Source: Azolla caroliniana (lineage: Eukaryota; Plantae; Polypodiophyta). From it: a DNA stretch of 46,793 bases. Positions 22,484 through 35,303 of the stretch are shown piece by piece. The stretch covers positions 1 to 46,793 of the forward strand of contig JBHGNT010000237.1 of the NCBI GenBank assembly GCA_043228905.1, read 5' to 3'. The translations under genes and the position numbers were made by a program. Each line of letters opens with the position of its first letter. Position 1 is the first letter of the stretch. The notes under the pieces were generated by a model. That model was not told where the DNA came from. It saw only the letters and a program-made list of their open reading frames with translations, and did not search any database.

Positions 22484-25400
22484 TTATTCTTCCGTTTGAA
22501 TAAACGGGTTTACCGGCATATCTCCCAAATACGGTTTAAGCCGGAATCCATTTACCCATTTCGGTAAAACCTCTCCGGTTAATGATCCCAGCTGATACGT
22601 ACCATTTTTACTATTAATTATCCATACTAGACCTGTTCATCTATACCGGAGTTTCCCAGGCATAAGTCCCATTTTCGTCTGGAATACCAATACCGGTTTC
22701 CCAATTTCGAATTGCTCTTCCGATTTCCTTCGATGTCGATTTACGAATGCCTTGATTTGTCTCTGCTTGTGTTCTAGTGCTGACATTGATTGAATCCGTT
22801 CTTCTTCTAATACTAATAAAGCCTCTTTGCGTATCTGCTCCGATTCTATTTCATTTAACTTATTCGTCGCTTGGATACGAAGTGTCGGAATTTGAAATTC
22901 GATCGGCATAACCGCTTCAAGTCCGAATGCCATTCGGAAAGGTGTTGATTTAATGGATGTTTTGTACGAAGTACGATATGCCCATAATGCACTATTTAAC
23001 TTTTGATCCCAATCAGTACGATTTTCATTCACTATCTTCTTTAAAATTGTTTGAATTGTTTTATTTGTCGATTCTGCCAATCCATTAGCTTGGGGATAGT
23101 AAGGCGTACTTTTCTTATGAACTACGGCATAATAATTGGTTAATTCGTGAATTAACTTGTTAATAAAATGAGTGCCTTGATCGCTTACCAATTCTATTGG
23201 GCAATCGAATCGACACCATATATTTTCATACAGGAATTTTGTTGTGGATGCTGTTGTATTGTCTCTGAGAGCTTTTGCTTCAACCCATTTTGTGCAATAG
23301 CCAGTCGCAATTATGATATATCGATTACCGGTTCTTGCAACTGCTGGTTTGAATGGGCCAACAAAATCTAAGCCCCATTTCTGAAATGGCTCAAGAGGTA
23401 AAACCGGTTGAAAAGGCATTCGATCCTTTTCGGTTGGTTGCCCCATTCTTTGACACAAATCGCATTTCTTACAGTATTCGTTAGCATCTTTCATCACCGT
23501 TGGCCACCATAACCCGCTATTCCATATTTTTCTGGCTGTTGCTTCTCCTGCGTAATGACCGCCAGCAATTCCACAATGTGACTCTGTTAATATGGCTAAT
23601 TTTTCAAATTTCCGTACTGCCCTTCGCCATATTCCATCCGCTCCTTTATGATACAACATGTCATTAAATAAACAAAAATTTCGACTTCGTACTGCAATTC
23701 TTTTTCTTTCATCTGTCGACATGTGTTCGGCCGGAATTCCTGTTGATAGAAATATCGTCATTTCGGAAATCCATTCATCCTCTTTTTCCTCATTCATTTC
23801 TTGTGCTTTTACTGCCTCAACCCGAAATAATTGAGTATCTGGAAAATCATCTTTAACACCAACCGCTTCTTCTCCAGATTCAAGCCGACTGAGATAGTCA
23901 GCAATCGCGTGCTGTGCTCTTGGTCGATGTATAATGTCGAATTCAAACTCTTGAAGCAATAACGTCCATCTGGCTAACTTGCCTGTCAATTCTTGTTTGG
24001 AAACTAGATACAGTAGAGCCGAATGATCCACATGAAATGTAAATTTCTTACCCAAAAGGTAGTGTCGAAATTTGTTCACACTATATATCATTCCCAAAGC
24101 TTCTCTTTCGGTTGTTGAATAGTTTCTTTCGGCCGACGAAAGTTTCCTACTAGCATAGTATACCGGCCTATACCAGTTTGGTTCGGATAATTGCATTAAA
24201 GCACTGCCTATGGCAATGTCCGACGCATCGACGAAAACATGAAATGGTTTGTTCCAGTCCGGTGGTTGGACTACCGGAACCTTTGTCAGCATCTTCTTGA
24301 GACATTCGTATGCATCTTGTTCTATACTTGTCCATATAAAAGGAACTTTGTGTACTGCTGTGTGTAACGGAATAGCAATGTCTGCTAGATATCTAATCAT
24401 TCTACTGTGCCACCGAATTTGACCCAAAAATCTACTTAGAGCTTTAGCATTTGTCGGTGGTGTTGCCTCAATAATTGCTTTAACTTTGTCCGGGTCCACT
24501 GCAATCCCTTCTTGACTGACAATATGCCCAAGTAACGTACCACTCATTACTCCGAATGCTCATTTGGCTGGATTTAAGCTAAGACGCCCTTTTCGACATT
24601 TTTCTAAACATAGCCGTAAATGCTCAAAATGATCAGCTTTCCGACTATATACCGCAAAATCATCTAAAAACACCTGCATGAAAGCTGGAATATATTCCCC
24701 GAATATTTCCTGTATTACCCGCTGAAATGTAGCTGGAGCTGTTTTTAAACCGAACATCATTACTACTGCCACAAAGACGCCCCATTCTGTGACAAAAGCT
24801 GTCTTTTCCTGATCTTCCGGATTCATCCGTACTTGGTTGTATCCACTGAACCCATCCAAGAAACTATAAAATTCATGTCCAGCTACTGCATCTAATATCC
24901 CATCTGTGAATGGTAACGGAAACGCATCTGTAATTGTCGCTGCATTCAATTTTCTGTAATCCACACATACGCGAATTTTCCCATTCTTTTTCGGAACTAC
25001 TACTATCGGACTCAGCCATGTTGATTTTTTGACGGGTCGAATAAATCCTACTTTTAAGAGTTTATCGATTTCTTCTTTTACTTTGATAGCATAATTCGGA
25101 TTCAACCTGTACCTGCGTTGTTGTACTGGCTTTGCATCTTTATGCAAATTGATTTGATGTTGACAAAAAGCGGGATCCAGACCTTTCATATCGTCAAACG
25201 ACCATGCAAAAACATCTTTATATTGTAATAGTAATGTTGTTAATGTCCGTTTGTCATTTTCCGCCAAATCTCTAGCAATCAAGACTGTTTTTCTTTCACC
25301 ATCCTCTACTCCTGCCAAATCGATGTCCTCTAATGCTGAGGCTTGCACTCTCTGAGATACCTTCATTTCCTTATCTGTAGCTTCTTGTTGCATTCGTATT

Positions 25401-28012
25401 TCTTTCATTGTTTGCTCATCTATTGGCACTTCTTCGTGTGAGTCTACATATGGTGTTAATGCTTGCAAAATATCTACCTCAAATAGAGGGATGATTTTCT
25501 GATTATCATTAAAATACTGACTTTCTTCTTCCTCGTCCAATCCTTCCATCATATTAACTGCTTCTGCATGTACAGGTAAACTCTATTTGCTTGTTGTCAC
25601 TTTGTTGTGCGTCGGAATCCTGACCTTAGTTTTTCCTTTCCTAAATGTTAGCACATTTTGTTTCCAATTTTGTTTGATATTAGCTGTCTTTAACCATGGT
25701 CTCCCCAATAAAAAGGGGTATGCTCCCTGTTCTTCTAACTGCAAAATTACTGCCGAAATCTGAAAACTGTGTCCCCCGATTATTTCATCCAGTTGTCGAA
25801 GCAAACCAATCGGTCGTACCGTACTTGTATCTGCCATTCGTAACCAAAACGGACATGCTTCCCATTCCGTGATTCCTAGTTTTTCACATGTAGCTTTGTT
25901 AATCACATTAACTCCCGAGCCTCCATCTATAATCACATTTCCGATTTCTTGCCCGTAAAGTATTACCTTAATCGACGGATTCTGTTCATCCATGATCGAA
26001 GGGTTATTACTTGGCTGATTGTAGTGTACTGCTATTTGTTCGGAACCTTTATATGCAATTAATGCTGCCACTTTTTCTGTAAACCTTGGTACTAACTTAA
26101 GTAAGCCCGTAAGTGGCAATGACACTTGGCAATCAGCCAACAGTTTCCAAGTTTCTTCCTGTTCCTTATTCCCCAATGACTGTTGTACAACAATGTTCTG
26201 GTCAATGTTATTGTCTTGTAACATTCGATTCACTTTACTTTGATTTGCTTCGTCAACCCATTCTTTTGCCGCCTTCCGAACTGCTTCCTGAATTTCCCAT
26301 TCTGATTGTTTGCTTTTGCTGCGTGTCGTTACTTGCTGAACTTCCGGTATTACCATATTAACTGCTGGACCCTTTCCTTTAACCGGACATTGATTAGCAT
26401 AATGGCCTAGTTGTCGACAAATATAACAAGTGGGTACAAATGTTCCACCGGTCTCTCCATGTGCAAATTGGCCGTTATTAAATTGCTGCTCTTCATTACC
26501 ACTCGGGTTTTGTTGGAATTGACGTGTAGCTTTTGGTTTGTAAAATTTCTTATTTTTATACCGATTCTGCCTAAATTGTTCGGTATTATCATTTGGTTGT
26601 GCTACATTTTGTGTTATCCCGAACTCCTGATTTGGCGGAAAATTATTCTGTTGAAACATTTGATTATTTTGTGGAAAGGTTTGAGTATTATGTTGAAAGG
26701 TCATATTACCCGGTTGAAATGCCGGATTCGGTTGAAATGCAGAATTCGGTTGAAATGCAGAATTTGGTTGCACATTCGGACAGTTCTGTTGAAACCCTTG
26801 AAATGGTGGGTTACCTTGTTGGAAACTTTGATTATTTTGTTGAAAATATTGATTCGGATTCTGTACGAATGGTGGGTTGGATTGAGCAAAACCTGGTTGA
26901 AATGCTTGAGTCACTTGAGTGGGTTGCATATTTTGTTGTGAAAAGATCTGATTTGGCTATAGAACCGGATTTTGTTGAAAAGTTGGATTTTGTTGTACAT
27001 TTTGCTGATTTTGTGAAAAATTATTATTTTGATAACCATTGAACAGATTAGTGTTATTTTGGTAACCATTGTCAGTAAAAATTTGTCGTACTGACGCCGT
27101 AGTTTTATTAAGCAGATTATATTCACATTGTTCTACTGAATGTAATTTTGAATGACATATTGTACAATGTGTTCTTAACGTACATTCAATTGCCGAATGC
27201 CCCGTATTTAAAGAAGTGGTGCATTGAACTGCTTGACGAAATTGTAACTCCTCCATTGTTGGTAATGTACGTTGTAATGCCGACATGTCCATACTCTGAA
27301 CATTGACCGGCGGTCGACCCATTTCTATTGCTTTATCAATTACTTGTTCGATAGTCTGATTTCGAAAATCGAACACTTTCAATGTCGTCCTTAATGGTTC
27401 TTTTACAACTTCTAGAAAGACTTCTTTTAATTCATTATCCGGAATCGGCCTTGAAATCTGAAGCTGTAAGTTTTGAAATCGTATCACAAACTGAGATACT
27501 GTTTCATTTTTTTCTTGATATAACGCATAAAATTGCGCAATCAAATCCTTCTGCGGAATTTGTCGATGAAATAATTGTAAAAATTTACTAGTTAACACTT
27601 CAAAGGATGGAAATCCTTGAAGACCGTTCTGCGCAAACCAATTGGCGGAATATCCGTCTAATGATAAGACGAACTCAGCGATTTTTGACTTATCTTCGGC
27701 ATCTGCCGACAATTGCTGAGCTCCATGGTTAATCTCCCATGTCGTTAAGAAATCCCTAACATGTGCTTCCGCATCTGTTCCTTCCCGGAACTTAGAATAA
27801 GTATAAGGCATATCGTCCCAAATGTCGTAAAACGATACCTCTTCCGTCTGTTTTTCGTCTGAAGGTAATTGATCGAATAAGTCAGGAAGTTTCGACCACT
27901 TTGTGCTTGATTCCGGCTGTTCTTGCGCAATGAACGCTTCCTGCACTGCCTTCGTAACTGACCTTGTACGAGGGCGCTTACAACCGACCGGTGTCTCCTC
28001 TTCAGACGACAT
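22484..28012 (-). pseudogene. Single-frame gag-pol broken by four in-frame stops (26957, 25583, 24560, 22637)
   Basis: The four ORFs share one frame; IIDGGSG protease, VFLDDF RT, VDASD RNase H, H..H/C..C and LDFVG..SDQG..GLAEST integrase. Confidence 0.92.
26713..26770 (-). repeat. 18-bp tandem repeat (QPNSAF/QPNSAF/QPNPAF) in the Q/N-rich Gag region
   Basis: GGTTGAAATGCAGAATTC-type units on the + strand. Confidence 0.8.
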
Positions 28013-28071
28013 CCATTCGATTTGTTCTCTGCTTAATTGCAGATGTAACCGGGCATGCCAAATTTCTTCTG

Positions 28072-28527
28072 TGTTAATCGACTAATTACTAACTACTACC
28101 GATATAGAAGAGTGAACGTCGCTACTCAACGTTCTAACAAGGAATTGGGTTTTACGAACAGAAATATACTATATTAATCGGTAATTACCGTGATCGTTAC
28201 TTAGTTATAAATTAGGAAGATTGCACTTAACAAAATAGACAATAGAAAGAACACAGAATCCGTACATGATATTCCTAACTTAAACTTATATTACTAAATA
28301 AACGACCTTTCTTACAATGCCTTCGGTTCCCTTTTATAGGTATACCGAAGGTCTTTTCTCATCAAGAACTATTCCTACTTACTATCAAGAATTACAAAAT
28401 TATCTAACTAACTTAGTTCTCTTCGTTCACTGCTGAGTCATCGATCCGAACAGTCGATCCGAACCGACTCCGTTTTCGACGCTTTCCCACTTGTTCGGTA
28501 AAACTGACTGTCTGGGTCCGGGTAACA
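28072..28527 (-). repeat. 5' LTR
   Basis: Upstream of gag on the minus strand; repeat of 19106-19561. Confidence 0.95.
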
Positions 28528-29146
28528 ACATTCACGTGGCTTGGGACTCAGTTAAACGTGAGCAACAAACGGAGATGCACGCACAACACAGAGAACGCAA
28601 CCGGATACAACAAAACAAAATAGATTATAACTAGGGAAGAATACAACCCGACTGGGCTGGTAACAGAGCTTGGGCGCCCTCGAAACACGTACACACACAG
28701 AAACACGGAATGATGAACCTGTGGTTGGGAGCTCACGGGCTTCCTGAGCAAGCAAAGGCTTCACCTTCTACATTGGATCAGTATAGGGCTCAAGGCCAAA
28801 CAGAGATGAGAGAGACGAGAGGAGCTCGGCGCTCGGCGCTCAAATCGACAACACTTCCTCCTCCCCAAAGGTGGATCCCTAAAAAGGTCTCCAACCTCCC
28901 CTTTTATAGAACAAGGGGAGGTTGTTAAATCATCAATAAAGACAACCGCTTTCTATCGTACCCGATTCTCTCCTCGATCTCCTCCCTCAATCACCATTAT
29001 TCCTTTAAGTGTGCGACCATAAAGTACCTGTCACTCAACTATTCACATATATTTGTACATGTCACTTTATTTGTGTGCATCCGTGCACACACCCGTTCAC
29101 GCACATCCGGTTTCTTCTATCTCTATGGCCGGAATCCTTCACGACA
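28528..29146 (-). repeat. Partial 3' LTR of gypsy family A
   Basis: Starts TGTCGTG on minus strand right after PPT GGTGGGGGTGGA; TATAAAAG near 28905; other end not determined. Confidence 0.6.
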
Positions 29147-31222
29147 TCCACCCCCACCAAACCGCACATCCTCTTGTATGTGCCAAGTTTTGAAATGGTG
29201 GGGATTCTGGCTATTCTCTATTTCTCCTCCAATCTGTCATCGGTCCGGTCTTCATCCGACACCTCGCCCTCACTAGCACTTCCGTCTTGGATCTCTGGAT
29301 CCGGTTCCTTTGCATGTCGTTCCTTGAAGGCCTTTATCCATTTCCCCGCAACCGGTACCGCCATCCTCATCCCGTTGAGCTCTGCAAGGTGGTAGGTCAC
29401 ATTCTCATTCGTGCTCATCACCATGTAAGGCCCAATCCATCATTGCACGAACATCCAAGTCGATTGGTGATGATTGTCGAGATTGCTATCATAGAGCAGC
29501 ACCTAGTCGCCTTCCTCAATCTTCTTCGGCCGGAGCCGGTGTGTCCGGTCAAATCGGCCCTTGTTCTTCTTTCGTGCCATCAACAGTTTTGCCTTTGCTT
29601 GTTCCACATCCTTCAGCTCTACTGGCATGATAGGTTTCTATCCGAACATAAGTTCCGCCTGCATGTACCCAATTACCGAACTATGCGTAGTTTGGTCGTC
29701 CCATAGCGTGTAAGGTTGGAGCCTCGGCTAGTTTCCCACTCGACCATCACATGCTCGTACTAGCGCTTTAACGATCGGTTCGTGCCCGCGTTCGACCTTC
29801 CCATTGGCTTCTGGGTTGTACGTCGTGGTGAGTGAAAGATTTATCCCTAGCTGGTTGAACAACTCCTCAACTTCTAGCGCGTCCAACTCCCCTTGGTCGG
29901 TCATGAGTTTACCCACACACCCGTACTGGCAAATTAGATCTTCAACAAGGAACCGGAAAACCGCGGTATTCGTTTGGTTCGTTAGGGCTCGGCCTTCTAC
30001 CTAGTTCATCAATTCTTCTCTCGTGAGCACTAGGTACAACATCTGTCCTACCCCCGTCGGCATCATCACAAAATCGACCATCCACTTGAAGCGATTGGTT
30101 GGCGGGTAGGTCGGGTGCCGCTCGTCACGTTGTCGGATACCGGAATGCATCTAAAAGCTTTCGTATGCTACCCATACTTCTCCTTCAGCTTCTCGAATGT
30201 GGCCCACCTTCCCCGGTGTCTAGACCAAGGGCTCTTCATGGAATTCCGAAAGGAGCACCCTCTGCTCTTCTTTCTTCATCACCATCCTGAGTGGGTCTCT
30301 TTGGGTGCTTCCATATCTTACCATTCCGTAGGAAGAAACAGTACGCCTTCTTCTGTATCTGACTCCCTTCATCTTTCGTCCATGTCGCGTCCGGCCCCAA
30401 TGTGCTTAGGAACTTGCCAATCTGGAGCCACTCCCCATTGCAATCATTCTCGTCGAACTTGCTTAGGGCCAGAGTTCTCCACTCATTTGTCAGCATTTGA
30501 ATCGACTCGAAGAAGTCCACGCTGATCTCTTCGTTTTCTGATACCATGTCATGCTCATTCTCAAACTCTGTTCTTGAAAGCATATCAGACATGGTGTTGT
30601 CCTTTCTGAAGATGTGTCGTATCTCCAGGTTCAAGGACTTGATGTACGCGATCCACCTCAGCATCGCCATGTCCAGAGTCGCGCATCCGGAAACCATACC
30701 GAGAATCGGTAGGCAGTCCAACTCGATTATCCCTTCCGTCCCAATCAAGTAGTCTTTATCAGCCTTGTTTGCCGAAACAATACCCCAGAGTTCGCATTTA
30801 ACATGGGTGTATCCTCGTTGACGCTTGCTCAGCACCTTTGCACCAAATTAGGTGGGGACCAGCGTGCCATCCTCGCCTTCCTGATTAACCACCAACCTAA
30901 TTTCGATTCGACTCATATCCACTGTCACGTAAACCGGAGTGTCCTTCTTGTACACCGCTTGTGGTAGGGTGCACATACGAACTAGGTCGATAGGGGTTCA
31001 CCTCGTCGTGACATCTCTATTCTCCACGTCTAGCTAGAATTGTTCATACCCCGAGTATAGGTCTCCGACTGAGTCAATCAACCTCCCTGTGAAGGCCTCC
31101 GCTGACTAATCGATCATCGGCCCGATTCCTATGTTTCGAATGGGCACCTTGTTGACTAGCTACAAGTCCTGAATGAAGCGGAGTGTGCCGTTCTTCCTTG
31201 GCACCATTTAAATCATCGATTC
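29147..31222 (-). pseudogene. Gypsy family A pol remnant (RT start, RNase H, integrase)
   Basis: KCELWGIV..DCLPILGM, TDQGEL..TTTYNPEANGKVERGH, TYHLAELNG; RT motif continues across the copia at 42296. Confidence 0.82.
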
Positions 31223-31611
31223 TGTAAACGATTACTTGTAGAAGTGTTAGAAAAACAGAGAAATTAGGGAAAACACAGAGTACGCGGGGGAGACAGAGAG
31301 AGCAGAACGTAAAAGCTATATTCAAAAACGATATATGCCTCTGTCATTTACAATTGTGCTCAGTAGCACTATTTATACAAGTCCTCATGGAACTGACAAA
31401 AGTACTGTGTACTTCAATGCTCACACGAGCTTCTGACACTTACTACGAGACTATAATTTCCTAGTAGTCTAAACTAATACTAGGCTTTCGGTTACCCTAA
31501 CTAGCTCCCCAGCTCACCGGCTTTGTTGCTTTCCAGGTTACCGATCCGTCTTGCTTGCCGGCTCAGGCTTATTCAGCCGATCCGGCTCCAGTTGAGCTTG
31601 CCGCTTCAACA
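31223..31611 (-). repeat. Copia 3' LTR
   Basis: TGTAAACG...TTCAACA, repeat of 41890-42290 with a 12-bp length difference. Confidence 0.92.
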
Positions 31612-31989
31612 CTCCCCCTCAAGCTCAACTTGAGGTTGGATCCTAGTGTCAGTCTCTGTGGCAATCGGTTCTTCCAACCGACTTCTCCTGGCGTCGCTCC
31701 GCCTTGCTCGCGCTCCTCGTCCGGTCCGGTTCTGTTTGCCGCCACCCCTCTTGTTCTACGCGCCTCGACCTTCTCGATCGGTATGTCTGCTCAATAGGCC
31801 CCTCTCAACTCCTTAGTTGCTATGACTCTGGCACTTATCGATCAGTCAGTTCCTCTGCGATGGCATCTACTTCCGCTGCATTTGTGTTTGCTTGGCCTTG
31901 AATTGATCCGGTTCTTCCGAATCTGTCTTTTGAACCGAATCGACTGTCTCCGATTCGTTCTAGCTCTTGTCCGAATCGGTGGCTCCCGA

Positions 31990-34780
31990 TTCGTCTTCTG
32001 GTTGCAAGCCCTTCTGATAATGCACTTCTATGTGCTTCGTGCGAGCATGGAACGCAGGGTTCTTGGCGAGTGGCATGCTACTTATGTTGTTGCAGTAGAC
32101 CAGAATCGGGGTCGGTACCTTGATCCGTAAGTCTTGCAGCAGTCGCCGAAGCTAGATAGCTTCACAGGTGGCAATGGTAACGCCCCAATACTCAGCCTCA
32201 GTGCTCGACAGAGCAACTGTTGGCTGTTTTTTGCTACTCCATGCAACAGTCTTGTTACCTAGGGAAAACATGTAACCGGAGGTTGATCGGCAATCTGATG
32301 CATCGCCGACCCAGTCGGCATCCATGTAACCGACGAGCTCTTCGATTATACCTCGCCGGGAGAATAGTCCCCAGTCCTTCGTGCCGCTTACATATCGCAG
32401 TATCCGTTGTGCGCACTGAAGGTGCTCCACGGTCGGCTTCTGCATGAATTGACTTATCATTCCGACCGGATAGCTGATGTTGGGTCATGTTATAGTCAAG
32501 TAAATAAGGCTTCCGTCGATTTGTCGGAACCGTTTTTCATTGCAGGCCGGTCCAGAATTGGGATGAAGCTTCTGGTTCCGGTCCAAGGGTGTGGAGACAG
32601 GTCGGCATTCTGTCATGCCGAACTTGTACAACATATTCAAGAAGTAATGTCGTTGTGAGAGCAATATGTCGTCCGGGGTTCGGATCACCTCGAGCCCTAG
32701 AAAATAATGAAGGTCCCCCAGATCCTTCATCTCAAATGTGTCTGACAACTAGGACTTGACGTGGTTGATTTCTGGAACTCTTGGTCCAGTGATGACTAGA
32801 TCATTAACATACAGCAGTATACACACCGGACCGGCTAAGCCTTGCCGAATGAACAATGAAGAGTCCAATTTGGAGGCCACAAACCCCATCTTACGCAACC
32901 GGTGCGTGATCTTCGCATTCCAATATCGGGGGGCTTGCTTCGGGCCGTACAACGACTTCTTCAGCTGGCATACTGCCGACATGTTCATCTTCGATTCAAA
33001 GCCGGGGGGCTGAGTCATCAAGACTTCTTCTTCAAGATCACCCTGAAGAAACGCATTCTTCACATCCATCTGGTGAAGATGCCACCCCCTTGTTGCAGCA
33101 ACCGCCAACACCACATAAACCGTCGTTATCTTCGCTACCGGAGCGAAGGTCTCGTCGTAGTCGATTCCGTGGCTTTGCGCATATCCCTTCGCCACTAACC
33201 GGGCTTTATACCGGTTAACAGAACCGTCGACGTTGTACTTTACCTTGTATATCCACTTGCATCCGATCGGTTTACAGTGACGAGGAGGGTCAACCGGGTC
33301 CCATGTCTTGTTGACATCAAGCGCCCGTATTTCTTCTTCCATAGCGTCATGCCAATTTCCGTCCTTGGCCGCTTCTGCGTAGCTCTCCGGCTCACGCATT
33401 TCCGCCACCTTAGTCATGTATGCATAGTGCTGCGCCATGTACTCATTGTACCCGTACCGCTTGACGGGATCCTTGTGGTGGGTGGACCGACGTCCTTCTT
33501 GGCCGGTTCGGTCTTCGTTGCCGAAGATCCGCCTTTCTCCTTCCCGGAGTCGGATGAACACTGATCCGACTCATCGTTGCCGGTTTCGAATTCCGGCATC
33601 TTCTTCTTCCCCTTCTCTTTGCGCGTGAACCGTCGCCTCGGTTCCTTGCGCGGGGAGTGCACGACAGAGTCTCCACTACTTGCCGGTTCCTCATTGAACT
33701 GGTCGGATTGACTCAATCTCTCGTTTGGCCCGCTCAACCGGAACGATTTTGGACTCTCATCTAGAGTCCACGCTTCATCATCCTCTACCTGGGCCAGTTC
33801 AGGCTCAGTAGCCTCATCCACCGACACCGGGTTGGATTCAGAAGTCAGAGCTGGTAAGGAGTACCACGATGCCGATTCATCGAACTCGACATCTCGACTA
33901 ACTCGGACCTGCTTTGTCCGGTGGTTATAACACTTATAACCTTTCTGCTCTTGAGCATAGCCGATTAGGATGCATTTTTCTAATTTTGCATCCAGCTTCC
34001 TCCGCTTCTCTTTCGGTACATGCACATATGCAATGCTACCGAAGATCTTAAGGTGTCTCTAATTCGGCTTGCGTCCGAAATACAGCTCGTGAGCTGACAC
34101 CTTGTCACCGATCAAGTTCTAGATGTAGACAGTTGTATGGACTGCCTCCGCCCAGTAGAATTTGGGCATGCTCTTCTCCTCCAGCAATACCCTTGCCGCA
34201 TTGATAAGATACCGGTTCTTCCTTTCGGCAACACCGTTCTGTTGGGGTGTGTATCTGCAGCTGAACTCTCACCGAATACCCTTTTGCTACAGATAACTGT
34301 TGAATTGGCCGGAAAAGTACTCTTTTCCGCCATCCGACCGCAGGCATTTGATCTTCCTCTCTGATTCCCGTTCCACCATGCTTTGGAGACTCCGGAAACA
34401 CTCGAAGACTTCACTCTTCCGCTCAATGAGGTAGATCCATGTGTGCCGCATATAGTCGTCGATGAAGGAGATGAAATATCGACTCCCGCCAAGACTAACA
34501 TTCCGTGCCGGTCCCCACACATCCGAATGGATAAGGTCGAGCTTGTTACGACTCCGGTTACGTTCAGTGGGGAATGGAAGCCGGTGTTGCTTCCCGAGTT
34601 GGCAAGCTTCACATACTTGGGCCTTCCGGCCGCTAAACTTTGGAAAACCGAAAACAACTTGTTTCATTTGCAGGTCTTGAAGCCTCCGGTAAATTTACGT
34701 GGCCTATCCGCTTGTGCCACAGGTAAATGTCCGATTTGACCTTCTGTCCTTTTGCAAATAGAGCGGTGCCGACGTCATTG
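31990..34780 (-). pseudogene. Copia integrase-RT-RNase H, disrupted
   Basis: LIHSDVWGP, RSDGGKEY, YKARLVAKG, QMDVKNAFL, LYVNDL, YMDADW..STEAEY. Confidence 0.9.
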
Positions 34781-34785
34781 GTGTC

Positions 34786-35119
34786 TGTCATGATATGGCA
34801 AGACTCGGACCCATGACCTTATGCTACATGGGTCGAGCTCTTACCATTAGACTATGAATTGTAATACGAAGGATATTATTTTCATTTATGCTTTATCATA
34901 GAAAATTGATGTATATTCCAGATCTCTCTGGAACATTCTAGAAGCTTCAGGATTATTCCTAAGAACACTATAAAAGAGGGCACTAGGCATTATGTTGAAC
35001 CAAATTGGTTCAACGCCAGTCTTAAGCCTTTTAGCCATTTTGTACTTATCCTTCACATAATATATTGGTTGTCATCATCATCTCTCTCTCTCTCTCATCC
35101 TCGCTATCTCTCCTTTTGC

Positions 35120-35150
<31 letters not shown>

Positions 35151-35236
35151 GTCTTACGCAGTCCCGTCCTCTTAGTACTAATAGTACTGCTCTTCTTTAG
35201 TACTAATTCTATCTCTGCTTAGTACTATTCCTGACA
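34786..35236 (+). repeat. 5' LTR of copy C
   Basis: TGTCATG...CCTGACA; TATAAAAG at 34969; (CT)n tracts. Confidence 0.95.
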
Positions 35237-35303
35237 GTTTGAACCAAATTTTCTCCAACCTACTTGTCGTTCTCCCTCATCCTCCTACCCTTTTCCCTAT
35301 ACT

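Larger units (their letters stand above)
19106..28527 (-). mobile_element. Full-length non-chromovirus Ty3/gypsy element with extra 3' ORF
   Basis: 456-bp LTRs with ~6 differences; gag-PR-RT-RH-IN on minus strand; TATAAAAG on minus strand of the LTRs; flanks ACAAG/ACATT are not a perfect TSD. Confidence 0.93.

Noticed and set aside
22637-26959. Four separate genes or a recoding system in the gypsy gag-pol
   Set aside because: All in one frame, with stops at positions expected to be sense codons (Gln, Cys, Trp); consistent with point mutations
19101-28532. 5-bp TSD for the 9.4 kb gypsy
   Set aside because: Flanks ACAAG and ACATT match at only 3 of 5 positions, so no TSD is claimed
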